In this document: one piece after another, positions 17,557 through 28,148 of the stretch
How positions within the stretch are numbered: position 1 is the first letter of the stretch
How the letters are laid out: each line of letters begins with the position of its first letter
Sequence record: NC_041994.1
Reading direction: 5' to 3' (one strand)
DNA length: 64,000 nucleotides
Made by a program: the position numbers and the translations under genes
Notes under the pieces: model-generated
Told to the model about the DNA's origin: nothing
What the model saw: the letters and a program-made list of their open reading frames with translations, nothing else
Database searches by the model: none

Positions 17557-20442
17557 TTAGGCGTGACGCAAGAAGTTGATCGTGAGATCGTCTTCAATCA
17601 TCAGTTCTTCGTTGGACAGTACCGTTGGTTTCTTACGGATAGACAAGCGCACGGAATCATCGCTCAACGTCAGAATACCAAAGTCTGATGTACCACCCAG
17701 ACCCGAGACCTCCACACCCTCGACGTCATCACCCGCTGCCATTTTAAGCGCAGCGATAATGTCCGAGCGAACAACCCGAGTTTGACCCAGTTGTTGTGTG
17801 ATGATCTTCTTGGTGGTTTCGATCAGGGTAGGGCGCAGGCTGGTGTTGCGATAGCTGGTCGCGTCCATGTAGTAGATGATGTTCAGCGATTGATCCAGGG
17901 TGATGTCTGAAGTCAGACCATCACGCACTTTCGCTGTGGTGTTCCCGAACGTGGTGATCGGGTAGAAGTAGATCTCGGATTCATCCAGCAACTGCTTACG
18001 GATCACCGCGATGTCGCCCTGTACCCAATCCACAACCTGCATCGGGATCTCGTCACGGTAAGCCGCAGACGATGCCTCGGTAGCGAAGTAGTACATGCCG
18101 TCCACCAAGAACATGGTGAACTCACGATGGATCTTGCGGGGCTCTACCAATACTGGCAGACCTTCAGCGTTCAGAACCGTATCGCCTTTGCGGTACTGCG
18201 CAACCGGTTGACCATTTTCATCCAGTACCGGATCACCTTGACGATGCAGGATGTTGTATTCCAACTCCCCGTTCACCAGCTCAATGATTCGGTTACCGTC
18301 AGCATCACGCTCGAAGATCGTTTCCGACCAGACCGCCGGGATGTCCGCTTCGTACTTGAGGTAAGACTCTTCCGACAACACCGTACGGTTACGACGCCAC
18401 AGATCCGTCAGCTCGTAACCAAAGCGAACCGTCAACCGCTCACGCATGACGCACATGAACGTATTAGACAGCAGGTGGTCTTGAACCATCTCGTCGATTT
18501 CGTTACTGATGTAACCAGGCGATTCGACTTGATCGACAATGATCGTGAAGTCAACGTCGTGCTCCATGGCCAAAGCAAAGTGCAACTGCATGGCATCGAA
18601 CATCGACATGTTGGTGGTGTAGAGGTTATTCGCCGAGTCAACGTCAAAGTTGGTATTGATGTCGAACTGGAACACACGTTCGTTATTGTCCAGACCGAGC
18701 AGTACGCCGTTGATACTGGCGTAGTTGTTCTCACCGATTGGCTTGTAACCCATCTGCACTACAACCAGTTCGTCTTGCAACTTCTTGAACTGATCATCGG
18801 TCTTGAGTTTGATCTGAAGACGGTAGCCTGCTGTGGTGCGCACAATCGAGTACGTGTCGATCGTCGCTTGCAATTGGCTGGAGTCGTTGTCACCGACGAA
18901 GGTCTTACGTACAACCTTCGGCGCACCGAAGTAGTAAGGCCGTACGTCAAAGTTCGCACTGGCGGCATCAAGCACATAGTGGAACGGCGTGTACAGGTAG
19001 TCACCATCGAGGATCATACGTGCTTGGGTTTCAGGCGAGGCTGCACGCAGCGCAGCAATACGACCATCGTCCAGCGGTGTGATAACCCCATGGTTGTAAT
19101 CGTAGAGCATCGTAGGCAGCAAGGTGATGCGATCACCGTTGTCTTTGACGTGAGCACTCAGCGCGAGTTGTTCCATCGAAGCTTGTGCTTGCGCCATCAT
19201 CGTCCCGACGGCCGAGGCTACCGAGTTGTTGGTGGGTGCTGGCAGTCGACGGCTGGCCAAGAACTGACGGTGCGTGATGTTGTTGACGTTGGACACCAGC
19301 CCGTAGCCTTTACGCTCCAGGTAGTAGTTGACCTGTACGTCAGTGATCGGGAACTCAGCCCCATCAATCACACCGTCGATAACTGCGTTACGCAGGGTCT
19401 CGAAGTCCACCGCATTACCACCACCGCGTACACGGTTAGGGCTCAGGCAGGCGAACTCACCGATGTGGTTCATCGGATCGGTGTAAGTCTTGTCATCATC
19501 GATCGAGATGAAGTTAACGTCGAAGGCTTCACGCTGGTAGCTACCCAAGTCAACGTCGATCTCACCTTTGGTGGTGAATACGTCAACTCGCAGCTCACCA
19601 CTGGCCGTACCGTTCGTGGTGTACACCAACGGGAACTCACAGAAAACCTTGCCGTTGAGCACCTTCAGACACAGCGTCAACCGCGTTGGGTCAAATGACT
19701 GATCACTGTGGGTCGTGTGGATCTCAGTCCAACCACCCTTGCCATCGGAGACATAAGCACGGACGTGGAGGAACTGATCAGTGAACGTGTAGGTGCCTTC
19801 GAACGGCGTCGAGGGGTTGAGGGGCTCGACGTAGGACTTGACCATGAACTGATAGATCGGCACTTGCAAGAACAGATACCACTGTCCTTTAATAGCCAGT
19901 TCCTTGGCGGTCACCAAGTTACTGTCCATCGACTGCAATGGCGATGGTTCATCAAGGTCGTAGATAACCTGCAAACCACCGTGACGCATCTGACGGATGA
20001 TGATCGGGTACTGCATGGTGAAGACGTGACCAGCCACCGTGATGGTGGTGTTGCGCGGGATCACGACTTGCTTCACGCCGTCGTTACCGATCGGCACCAT
20101 CCGGGAGATGATCTCAGCCTTGTTGATGTAGAACTCAAAGTTCGTCAACGCCGGTGTAGCGAAGCGGTTCAGGTAATCGTCATCGCTCATGTGCAAGTAC
20201 AGGTCTTCTGCCGTGATGGCATTGTTCCGGTACAGACGACGCACCAACGATTGTCCTTCCGACATCCCCATGGCTGCTACGAGGGTGCCTTGTTCGATCG
20301 CATACACAAACGGATGCGTACCGTCCGGGACTTCGTAAGAGCCATTGCCATTCACCTGACGTTCCAGCTCATCCATCGCCAGCTGAATCATCAGGTTTGG
20401 GTTGGTCAGGATCAACCCGAGGTTATCTTTATATTCGCTCAT
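17557..20442 (-). CDS. Baseplate wedge protein (T4 gp6/baseplate-J-like; phiKZ gp87 region)
   Basis: 961 aa; VIPRNTTITVAGHVFT and RVRGGGNAVDFETLRNAV resemble baseplate-J motifs; synteny. Confidence 0.7.
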   Translation of the reverse strand: MSEYKDNLGLILTNPNLMIQLAMDELERQVNGNGSYEVPDGTHPFVYAIEQGTLVAAMGMSEGQSLVRRLYRNNAITAEDLYLHMSDDDYLNRFATPALTNFEFYINKAEIISRMVPIGNDGVKQVVIPRNTTITVAGHVFTMQYPIIIRQMRHGGLQVIYDLDEPSPLQSMDSNLVTAKELAIKGQWYLFLQVPIYQFMVKSYVEPLNPSTPFEGTYTFTDQFLHVRAYVSDGKGGWTEIHTTHSDQSFDPTRLTLCLKVLNGKVFCEFPLVYTTNGTASGELRVDVFTTKGEIDVDLGSYQREAFDVNFISIDDDKTYTDPMNHIGEFACLSPNRVRGGGNAVDFETLRNAVIDGVIDGAEFPITDVQVNYYLERKGYGLVSNVNNITHRQFLASRRLPAPTNNSVASAVGTMMAQAQASMEQLALSAHVKDNGDRITLLPTMLYDYNHGVITPLDDGRIAALRAASPETQARMILDGDYLYTPFHYVLDAASANFDVRPYYFGAPKVVRKTFVGDNDSSQLQATIDTYSIVRTTAGYRLQIKLKTDDQFKKLQDELVVVQMGYKPIGENNYASINGVLLGLDNNERVFQFDINTNFDVDSANNLYTTNMSMFDAMQLHFALAMEHDVDFTIIVDQVESPGYISNEIDEMVQDHLLSNTFMCVMRERLTVRFGYELTDLWRRNRTVLSEESYLKYEADIPAVWSETIFERDADGNRIIELVNGELEYNILHRQGDPVLDENGQPVAQYRKGDTVLNAEGLPVLVEPRKIHREFTMFLVDGMYYFATEASSAAYRDEIPMQVVDWVQGDIAVIRKQLLDESEIYFYPITTFGNTTAKVRDGLTSDITLDQSLNIIYYMDATSYRNTSLRPTLIETTKKIITQQLGQTRVVRSDIIAALKMAAGDDVEGVEVSGLGGTSDFGILTLSDDSVRLSIRKKPTVLSNEELMIEDDLTINFLRHA

Positions 20443-20451
20443 CGCGCACCT

Positions 20452-21516
20452 TTATTGCGGCTGGGTGGTTGTGGTGGCAGAAGCCGGAAGCTCAATGCGC
20501 AGCACACCACCTTTCTGGGATTCGTAGAGCTCTTTGAACACCCACCACTCAAGCTCCATCGTCGAGGGTTCGATTCGTGGGTAAGCACCCTTGTGGTTAA
20601 AGTACTCGCGTTCCCATGGCTTCAGTTTCACCATGTTGCTAGCACGAGACTCATCACGCATCGCAGGGTTGAAGTCTTCTTGCAGTTCATTGAACTCGTA
20701 GATGAGGATGTGATCGTAGTAAGTAAACCCTACGGCCTTAAAGACGAAGGTGATGTTCTCACCCACACCTGGGAACGGGCTGTTGTTACCCGAGGCATCG
20801 AAGTCAGCAAACTGAGCCAACGACGCTGTGATCGGATACGAAGCACCACAGGCAAACAAACGGGTCACGTACGTCCGGGTCACGTCAGTCACCAAACGGT
20901 AGACGCGTGTGTTGTAGTCAAGGACGTTGTACATCACGTTGTCCGGGTAAGGCAGGATGCGTCCTTCCCGTGCCAAGCCCTGATACCGCTCCCACATCAA
21001 CATCATGAATGTTATAGGGTCACCGATAAGGTTCTTAAAGGTGCACTGCAAGTCGTAGCTGCCGTACATGTACGGAACGTCATCGACATAGCTGTAGACC
21101 TCACGGTACATACCGGGATCAGAGGTAAAGGTCCCGAGTGCGAAGTCTTCCCAACCCGAAATAGAAACGAGGTTGTTGCCGAGCAGCGGAATAAATGGAT
21201 TGAGAGGGTCCACGTTTTCGCAGGTCAATCCTTCCCGGTGTGCCTCTGGATCGAGGTACGAACGCAGTACCCGCTGGATGCCGCTAGGCGCTTCCATCAG
21301 CAGGTTGGACATCATCCGGTCGATCTGTAAGTTATCGTATGACAAATTCAAATCGGGTTTCGTGAAAAACGTGAAGCCGTGGTTCTCCGTATTCAGTTGA
21401 GTCGGGGAGAACCGGCCCACCATGTTGTTCCCGTACAGGGTATCGGACAGAACCCGATCCGCAGGGGAAAAACCACTATTCTGTGTGATCTGATTTAGAT
21501 AGTTCTCATATGCCAT
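20452..21516 (-). CDS. Baseplate/tail-tube-initiator-like virion protein
   Basis: GFTFFTKPDLNL and beta-rich tube-like pattern; ATG 21516; synteny. Confidence 0.55.
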   Translation of the reverse strand: MAYENYLNQITQNSGFSPADRVLSDTLYGNNMVGRFSPTQLNTENHGFTFFTKPDLNLSYDNLQIDRMMSNLLMEAPSGIQRVLRSYLDPEAHREGLTCENVDPLNPFIPLLGNNLVSISGWEDFALGTFTSDPGMYREVYSYVDDVPYMYGSYDLQCTFKNLIGDPITFMMLMWERYQGLAREGRILPYPDNVMYNVLDYNTRVYRLVTDVTRTYVTRLFACGASYPITASLAQFADFDASGNNSPFPGVGENITFVFKAVGFTYYDHILIYEFNELQEDFNPAMRDESRASNMVKLKPWEREYFNHKGAYPRIEPSTMELEWWVFKELYESQKGGVLRIELPASATTTTQPQ

Positions 21517-21549
21517 GCCGAACACCACTTGTGTAAAAGGAATATAGCC

Positions 21550-22704
21550 ATGCCGCTACCCGCCGGAGCCATTCCGCTCGCAATGTCGGTCGCCAAGTCG
21601 ACCGGCGCTGCAATTGCCGCCAACGCAGCAACTTCTGCCGTCGGCGCACTCGTGCAAGCCGTCCGCAACGGTACCGATATCAGCTCTCTGGCGGACCTGT
21701 CTCGTCCAGCGCGGGTTGAACCATTGGTGCTGGTGGAGCAGACTCTGCAAAACCAACCCTACATGGAAAACGTAATGAAGTTCGGTCTGACCAACTTCAC
21801 TGCGTACTACCTGCAAGCGTTCAACATGCTGATGAACGTCGGCCGTATCGAGACCCTCAAGGTCTTCGACAGTCTGAACCCGAACCGTAACTACGGCATG
21901 GGCCAAGGCGCGCTGCTGCAAGGCACCATCCTGTCCAACGAACACTTTGATAATGGCCTTCCATCGCTGGAAGACTACGATCAACCTGTGGTGCCGGGCC
22001 TGATCGGTACGGTGTCCATCGAAGACTTCGATGGCGTCCAGGGTAACGCAAAAGTCGACAAGCTTTATGAGGTCGAAAGCCTCTCCGTCGGTAAGCTGGT
22101 CAACGTCGAACTGAAGGACGGCGATAACACCGCCAAGATCCCTGTGCTGATTCGCTTGCAGTCGACCACTGTCAAGACCGATATCATGTCACATATCTTT
22201 ACCGCTGGTGGCCGCGACAGCTACGGCGAGCGCTTCCAACTGGCCCGTGCTGGTCTGATCCGTCCGATCCGCGACCTGATCTTCGGCATCGATCTGCTCG
22301 ACGAACACCGTCGTGCTTTGATGGGCGATACCTCGGGTGCCTACAAGGCCATCACCGACCGTCGTCGCAACAACGTCAAGAAAGCCGCTATGTCTGGCGT
22401 GGTCTCTGCTGCTGACGCGTCGAACATCGCCGTGATCACCAAGTCGACCGCCAAGCTCATCGGCCAGAAGCTGTACGGCAAACTGGAAACCCAGGCTGTC
22501 CGTAACCGCATCTTCGACAACAGCTACCTGCTGCTGCTGATCGTTGTTGACGAGCAATACGAAAACATCACCGTCTACCACCGCGGTCTGGACATTCCAG
22601 GTCAGCACACCTTCAAGGAAATCGCGAGCGCCGAGAAGGGTCGTGGCCAAGACATCACCGAGGTGTACAAGATGATTCTTGGCGCCATGGGCTCGAACGT
22701 CTAA
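21550..22704 (+). CDS. Head structural protein (phiKZ gp89-like)
   Basis: S-x-E sites (LSNEH, PSLED, VSIED); strong codon bias; synteny. Confidence 0.65.
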   Translation: MPLPAGAIPLAMSVAKSTGAAIAANAATSAVGALVQAVRNGTDISSLADLSRPARVEPLVLVEQTLQNQPYMENVMKFGLTNFTAYYLQAFNMLMNVGRIETLKVFDSLNPNRNYGMGQGALLQGTILSNEHFDNGLPSLEDYDQPVVPGLIGTVSIEDFDGVQGNAKVDKLYEVESLSVGKLVNVELKDGDNTAKIPVLIRLQSTTVKTDIMSHIFTAGGRDSYGERFQLARAGLIRPIRDLIFGIDLLDEHRRALMGDTSGAYKAITDRRRNNVKKAAMSGVVSAADASNIAVITKSTAKLIGQKLYGKLETQAVRNRIFDNSYLLLLIVVDEQYENITVYHRGLDIPGQHTFKEIASAEKGRGQDITEVYKMILGAMGSNV

Positions 22705-22717
22705 GGGGCTGAAATAA

Positions 22718-23632
22718 ATGAAAGCAATCATCGACTACCTGAAGAGCCTCGTGCCGGTTTGCGAACGCTCCGACATGCTCAAGATCGTGTCGGGTCTGCG
22801 AGATGAGCACAACGACTCGTTGATGCCCGTTCTGCAAACCATCCGCGAAACCCTGGGCGACAAACCCCTGACCTCGAAGCTCTATAAGGACTACGAGATC
22901 CGTCTGCGTCGTTATGTGAACTACGGCAACAACCAGTCGGCCTTGGGCCTGCTGTTGAAGTCGCTGGAAAACATGCAGGCGTTGTTCCCGTTCGTGGAGA
23001 AAGAAATCCGCGAACACTTCGGTCCTCAGGTGGCTACCGCGAGCTTGACCTACGACAGCGTTAACGTGCTGCGTTTCCTCGACTCGATGGCGCTGTACAT
23101 CCGCTATGGCCGTAAGTTCCTGCTCAAAGTGATCGCTGATGAATCGGCGGCACTGGGTGGTACTCGTCCTGAGCTGGTGCGTGGTGAGCAGGAATACCTC
23201 GACAACAACCTCGACAACTTCGCTGGCCTGTTCCCGGCCATGCTGAAGACCGAAGGCGAGTTGCGTGCGATCTTCCGTAAGGTCTCCACGGCGATGGTGG
23301 ATGAAGCCACCAGCGATCTCGCTTACTCGTCCCTGGGCGGTGAGAAGATTGACCCACTGCGTCTGGCGAACTTCTCCCCACAAAAGAACTGGCTCATGGG
23401 CCTGGGTCGTGCGTGGGTTGAATGGCAGGTGGCTCGCCACCGTTCGGCCAAAGAAGACCTGATCGCTCTGCAAATGCGTTTGCAAGAGCTCAAGGAACTT
23501 CAGGACTCCGGCAAGGCCAGCCCTGCTGTGCAGAAGATGATCGGTAACCTTCAGGACCGTATCACCAAGATGGACAGCAAGCTGAACAAGGTCGAAGAAG
23601 ACGCACTGGAAGATCGGAGCGTACTCGTATGA
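22718..23632 (+). CDS. Head/inner-body structural protein (phiKZ gp90-like)
   Basis: 304 aa with C-terminal coiled coil; synteny. Confidence 0.65.
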   Translation: MKAIIDYLKSLVPVCERSDMLKIVSGLRDEHNDSLMPVLQTIRETLGDKPLTSKLYKDYEIRLRRYVNYGNNQSALGLLLKSLENMQALFPFVEKEIREHFGPQVATASLTYDSVNVLRFLDSMALYIRYGRKFLLKVIADESAALGGTRPELVRGEQEYLDNNLDNFAGLFPAMLKTEGELRAIFRKVSTAMVDEATSDLAYSSLGGEKIDPLRLANFSPQKNWLMGLGRAWVEWQVARHRSAKEDLIALQMRLQELKELQDSGKASPAVQKMIGNLQDRITKMDSKLNKVEEDALEDRSVLV

Positions 23633-24156
23633 TGCCGAACGTCGTCAAAGAGATGCGTGCGAATCCTGGCTACCATGGTGGTCAGGCAGACTCGCTGCCG
23701 TTGGTGGCGTTCCGTGATGGGCAGCCAGAAGTGGTTGCCTTGTTCAACGAGTTCTGCGCACCCGGCGCTGCTACCGCTACCTGGGCCTTCCGTCGCCGGA
23801 TCGTCCGCCTGGCCAAGAAGATCTTCTCCAGCCAATCGAACTGGTTCATCGGCGTTGACGATGACAAAACCATCCAGCACTACAACTACGAGTTCATTCT
23901 CGATACCGTGCGCTATATCGCCACAGGTCAACGTCGGATCTCGGTCCACAGCTGGCCTGATCTGATTGGCCACAACCAGCCGAATCTGGTCGCCAAAGAA
24001 CACACCGCCGTCCGTGCTCTGTTCAAAGAGCTGGCTCTGGTGAATGACATGGTTGCTCTGATCCAGCGCTGGTGTTCGCACAAGGGTGGGGTTGAGGACA
24101 TGATGTACACCCTCAACATCCTCTTCGGCGATCGCGTCGTTCAGGTAAACCAATAA
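23629..24156 (+). CDS. Hypothetical virion-associated protein
   Basis: 175 aa, ATGA overlap. Confidence 0.65.
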   Translation: MMPNVVKEMRANPGYHGGQADSLPLVAFRDGQPEVVALFNEFCAPGAATATWAFRRRIVRLAKKIFSSQSNWFIGVDDDKTIQHYNYEFILDTVRYIATGQRRISVHSWPDLIGHNQPNLVAKEHTAVRALFKELALVNDMVALIQRWCSHKGGVEDMMYTLNILFGDRVVQVNQ

Positions 24157-24159
24157 ACT

Positions 24160-24184
24160 GAGGGAGGGCAACCTCCCTCTTTTT
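24160..24184 (+). terminator. Intrinsic terminator
   Basis: GAGGGAGG-gcaa-CCTCCCTC followed by a T-run. Confidence 0.8.
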
Positions 24185-24204
24185 GACAGTTAAAGGAGTT
24201 GGCC

Positions 24205-25455
24205 ATGCGCCATTTGAAAGCTCACGTTGAACGTGTCAGCCTGGAAGAGGCTGGTACTACTGCTGTAGAGATCCCGCCAAAGGACCCTGTTGTTGAACAA
24301 GTGGAGTCCGAACCGGAGCCGGTCGAAGAGCTGATCTCCGACATGATCGTTGAGCCGGACCCGGCTGCTGATAGCGCTCGCGCTGAACTCGACGAGACCA
24401 TGCAGATCCAAACCTCGATCGAGCACTATCAAGAGCTGCTCCGTGGCGCTGAGGCCCGTGGTGGCCTGCGTCCTGTCGAAGGCGCACTGCTGGGCGTATC
24501 CACACGTCACTTCCAAAAGCGTCTGGGCATGGACGGAGGCGTCCTGTCGATGGAAGACTTCGGCGGCAACATGTCCCGTCTGAAAGCCACCACCGTTTCG
24601 CAAGAAGGTCTGGCAGATATGGCCAAAGCGGCCGGTGCCAAGATCCTGGAACTGATCAAGCGCTTGGTCGAAGTCATGAAGACCCAGATCCAGCGTTTTG
24701 ACGTCCAGGGTCAAAAAGTTGCTGCTGTCGTTACTGACATGAAGAAGCGCATCGGTGCCTTCGTGTTGGGCGAAACCACCTATGAGTGGGACGGCAACCA
24801 GTACCTCAACGCCCGTGACTTGGAAAACCCCAAGACACTGATCGAAGCCGTGTCGAAATTGACTGCGGCCAACGATTACCTCAGTAGCTTCTTCAAAATG
24901 ACCAGCGGTGCCATCGTTGCTGCTGTGCGTAATCCAGAAGACGAAGGTGCCGCGACCGAGTTCAACAAGACCATCGAAAACTGCTGGGTCCGTACCAACC
25001 CATTCGCTAACCTGTTCCGGGACAACATCGGCTATCCATTGAGTTCGGTGGGCATTGCACACCTGGCTTATAAAGGCAACGACAATGGTCCGGTCGGCGT
25101 ACACAGCATGCAGATCGACCGCAAGGAAACCAGCCCGATCAAGGTTACCATCACTAAACAACAGTTCAAGACCTTGGTGGATTCGCTGCACACCTACAAC
25201 ACCGCGTTGACGAAACTGATCCAGGAAGCCTCTGCGAACAGCGGCACGATTGGTGGCATCAATGGTATCCAGAACCAGCTGGGTCAGTTGCCGCAGGATC
25301 TACAGTCGGCAATCACCAAGGCCGTCAATGGCATGGTCATCAACATGGAAAGCGACATCATGCCGATGGTCAGCTACATGTCGTCCTGCCGTGGTGAACT
25401 GGCGTACATGGTCGCACACATCGGCCGTGCATTCGGCAAGAACGTTAAAGCGTAA
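24205..25455 (+). CDS. Inner-head (ejection) protein, phiKZ gp93-97 family paralog
   Basis: AAGGAG SD; acidic propeptide with VSLEE, LSMED, VSQEG sites. Confidence 0.75.
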   Translation: MRHLKAHVERVSLEEAGTTAVEIPPKDPVVEQVESEPEPVEELISDMIVEPDPAADSARAELDETMQIQTSIEHYQELLRGAEARGGLRPVEGALLGVSTRHFQKRLGMDGGVLSMEDFGGNMSRLKATTVSQEGLADMAKAAGAKILELIKRLVEVMKTQIQRFDVQGQKVAAVVTDMKKRIGAFVLGETTYEWDGNQYLNARDLENPKTLIEAVSKLTAANDYLSSFFKMTSGAIVAAVRNPEDEGAATEFNKTIENCWVRTNPFANLFRDNIGYPLSSVGIAHLAYKGNDNGPVGVHSMQIDRKETSPIKVTITKQQFKTLVDSLHTYNTALTKLIQEASANSGTIGGINGIQNQLGQLPQDLQSAITKAVNGMVINMESDIMPMVSYMSSCRGELAYMVAHIGRAFGKNVKA

Positions 25456-25466
25456 GGAGCACTACC

Positions 25467-26768
25467 GTGCAAAAACTCGGTCGCTACATTGAACGCGTCA
25501 GCCAAGAAGAGGCTGCTGCATCGGACGTGGATCTGACACCCAAGGACCCTGTGGTTCCTGAAGCGATCTCCGAACCCGAAGAGATCAAAGATCTCGACGC
25601 TTCCTGCTTGGTAGACGCAGAAGGCGAAGGCCAAACCCGCGAGTTCCAGATCAAAGAGATCAAGAACATCCAGGCTGCGCTCGAAGAGTTCGAGGAGGTC
25701 CTGGAAGGCGCTGAAGAAGCTGGCGGTCTGCACCCTGAAGAAGCAGAAATGCTGAACGTGGGTATGGAGCACTTCGCTGAGCGTCTGGGCGTGAAGTTCA
25801 CCAAGACTCTGCCATCGCTGGAAGATTACGCCAACGGCATGACTCGCAAAGGCGCCTTGACGGTATCGCAGGAAATGCTGGTTGTGGTCGACAAGGCCCT
25901 GATCGACAAAGCCATCGAGATGGTCAAGAAACTGATCGCCAAGGCCAAGGAGTTCATCTCCAAGCTTGACCTGCAAACCGGCAAAGTCGACAAGCTGCTG
26001 GGTGACGTGAAAGCGCGTTACCGCAAATGGAGAACCGGTGAGGTGACCTTCAAGTCGCGCATGGGTGCCATGCTGCGCGATGAGGATCTGACACCAGAAG
26101 GTTTGAAGGCAGTCGCCGAGGCCGGTCAGTTCTCGATGAACCTACTGTACCACTTCTTGGCGGCTGCAAAAACCGCCACGCGTCTGCACGCCAATGTTCT
26201 ATTGGGTAGTGCCGGTGAAGAAGACGACATCAACAAGTTCAAACAGAATGTCAGAGAAGTCTGGGGCGAGCAGCATAGTCCCTTTGTTCTGGCATTGGGT
26301 CAGGGACGTAAGGAAATCAAGATCGGCTCGGCTACCACGGGTCGTCTGAAGGTTGAATTCCCGAATGGCACCGCTGATCAGTACGCGATGGAATTCATCA
26401 CTGACTACGGCGGTGGTCGTGCCTCGGGTGAAGCCGAAGTCACCATGACCAAAGCTGAGTTCAGCAACTTGCTCAATACGTGCGAGACACTGAACAACGC
26501 GGTCAAGAAGAACACGGTGAATTACAAGGCGATCATCACCGCTGCGGTCGAACTGACTCAGATGGCCGCTAAGGCGCCATCGCAGAACGCCGCACGAGCG
26601 ATAGCCAATGTGGGTGATGCTATCAACTACATGGCCACAGTCGAGCTGGAGAACGTTGTTCGCAAAGTTTCGACGTTGCGTAACGGTATCGGCGTGTTCC
26701 TGCTGTTGGCTGGCAGTGAATTCGACAAGGCCGGTGCTTCGGTCGATGTTGCAAACAACAAAGCTTAA
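25467..26768 (+). CDS. Inner-head protein paralog
   Basis: AAGGAG SD, GTG start; N-terminus aligns with the previous gene (ERVSxEEA...PKDPVV); PSLED and VSQE sites. Confidence 0.75.
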   Translation: MQKLGRYIERVSQEEAAASDVDLTPKDPVVPEAISEPEEIKDLDASCLVDAEGEGQTREFQIKEIKNIQAALEEFEEVLEGAEEAGGLHPEEAEMLNVGMEHFAERLGVKFTKTLPSLEDYANGMTRKGALTVSQEMLVVVDKALIDKAIEMVKKLIAKAKEFISKLDLQTGKVDKLLGDVKARYRKWRTGEVTFKSRMGAMLRDEDLTPEGLKAVAEAGQFSMNLLYHFLAAAKTATRLHANVLLGSAGEEDDINKFKQNVREVWGEQHSPFVLALGQGRKEIKIGSATTGRLKVEFPNGTADQYAMEFITDYGGGRASGEAEVTMTKAEFSNLLNTCETLNNAVKKNTVNYKAIITAAVELTQMAAKAPSQNAARAIANVGDAINYMATVELENVVRKVSTLRNGIGVFLLLAGSEFDKAGASVDVANNKA

Positions 26769-26802
26769 CGGCATAGGGGTGCCTCACGGCACCCCTTATG
26801 TC
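26769..26802. terminator. Hairpin-family member (variant stem)
   Basis: CGGCATAGGGGTGCC-tcac-GGCACCCCTTATG. Confidence 0.7.
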
Positions 26803-26816
26803 TGTACGAGGTGACT

Positions 26817-28052
26817 ATGTCCGAGCATTTGGGTGAAGCTAAAGACGAGCAGTATGTCATGGATGGCGACAGCGATATTGAGAAACTTCATAATCGCTTG
26901 AATCCACCCGGCACACTGGCGCTGGCTAACAACTTCTTCGGTGGGATGAGCCAAGGCTATTATTCCGGCGAAGACTTCAACGTACTGACCGATGACCAGG
27001 TGAGCAACAACGCCAAGTACATCGCTGAGCTGCTGTCTACCGATAACGAGAACGCTTTGAGTGTTCTGCGTCTGGTGGATAGCACTGAAGACTACCACTC
27101 GCATCCTCCGATTGATCCCAACCTGTTCTCGGTTGAGGTCTCGCAGGAAGACATGGCTCAGTCGAGCCTGAGTGCCCTGAAGACGATCTTTGGCTGGACC
27201 AAGTCGGTTGCCAAACAGATCTTCAACGACATGACCAACTACGAGTTGATTGCTCGTTACCTGTCGTTCCACGCGGCCAACATTCAAACACTGGCGCGTG
27301 ATCGCCGTAAGACCACCCAGTTCACCAATGCACCGTTGGTGGTCAATACACGGATTGCGAACCTGTCCATTCGTTACGAACCTGTTAAGGATGTAGCGGG
27401 GTTGTTGACTGCCCTGCGTATCCTGTCCAACGTAACCAAGGACTACTACAGCTACAACGACGATAACCTGCTTAAGGTTGCCGATCGTTTGCCAAGCATG
27501 ATCCACGATGCCGACATGCTGCAAGGGGCTTTGGTTAATGCCAGTCCAGCACAGTTGATGCGCACCACCAGTTTCTATCCGGGTAATGAACCCGATACTC
27601 ACGTCACGGCCCACATGCTGGGTTGCCACCGGGTGTCTATCAAAACCCAATATGGTACGGGTGTGCTGGATCAGCGCTTCACGGTTCGTCTGGTGCCTTC
27701 GGACACCACACCGCGACCACTACCTGACAAGATCGAGTTCAAGCGCTTCACCATCCAAGCCATGGATCAGGTGTTGCGTCAGGTGCAAGACATCGCTGCT
27801 TATTTGCAGGAAGTCAACACACCGATGATTCGTCAGCGTCGTATGGCCCGTATCGAACGCATCTCTCTACTCACTACCAAAGTGGCCAAAGAGATCCAAA
27901 CCACCGGCTTTGATTCCGAGCGTCACCGCAAGGTCATCGCTTTGGTCAACCAATACAACGACTGGATCACCAGCCCGTATAAGGAACTATATGGGTTAGT
28001 TTGTCGTGACCTTCGTGCAGTTCTCAACGTTTGTGAGCTGAACGCGCAGTGA
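26817..28052 (+). CDS. Inner-head/virion protein
   Basis: GAGG SD; YSGED and VSQED processing motifs. Confidence 0.7.
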   Translation: MSEHLGEAKDEQYVMDGDSDIEKLHNRLNPPGTLALANNFFGGMSQGYYSGEDFNVLTDDQVSNNAKYIAELLSTDNENALSVLRLVDSTEDYHSHPPIDPNLFSVEVSQEDMAQSSLSALKTIFGWTKSVAKQIFNDMTNYELIARYLSFHAANIQTLARDRRKTTQFTNAPLVVNTRIANLSIRYEPVKDVAGLLTALRILSNVTKDYYSYNDDNLLKVADRLPSMIHDADMLQGALVNASPAQLMRTTSFYPGNEPDTHVTAHMLGCHRVSIKTQYGTGVLDQRFTVRLVPSDTTPRPLPDKIEFKRFTIQAMDQVLRQVQDIAAYLQEVNTPMIRQRRMARIERISLLTTKVAKEIQTTGFDSERHRKVIALVNQYNDWITSPYKELYGLVCRDLRAVLNVCELNAQ

Positions 28053-28148
28053 ATCATATAGGCTACATGCACGTGCATGGGTCATCATTACCTGGCTGAG
28101 CTGATCCCCCAGCCGGCAACTATTCTGTACAGAAAAGGTTGGAAACAC

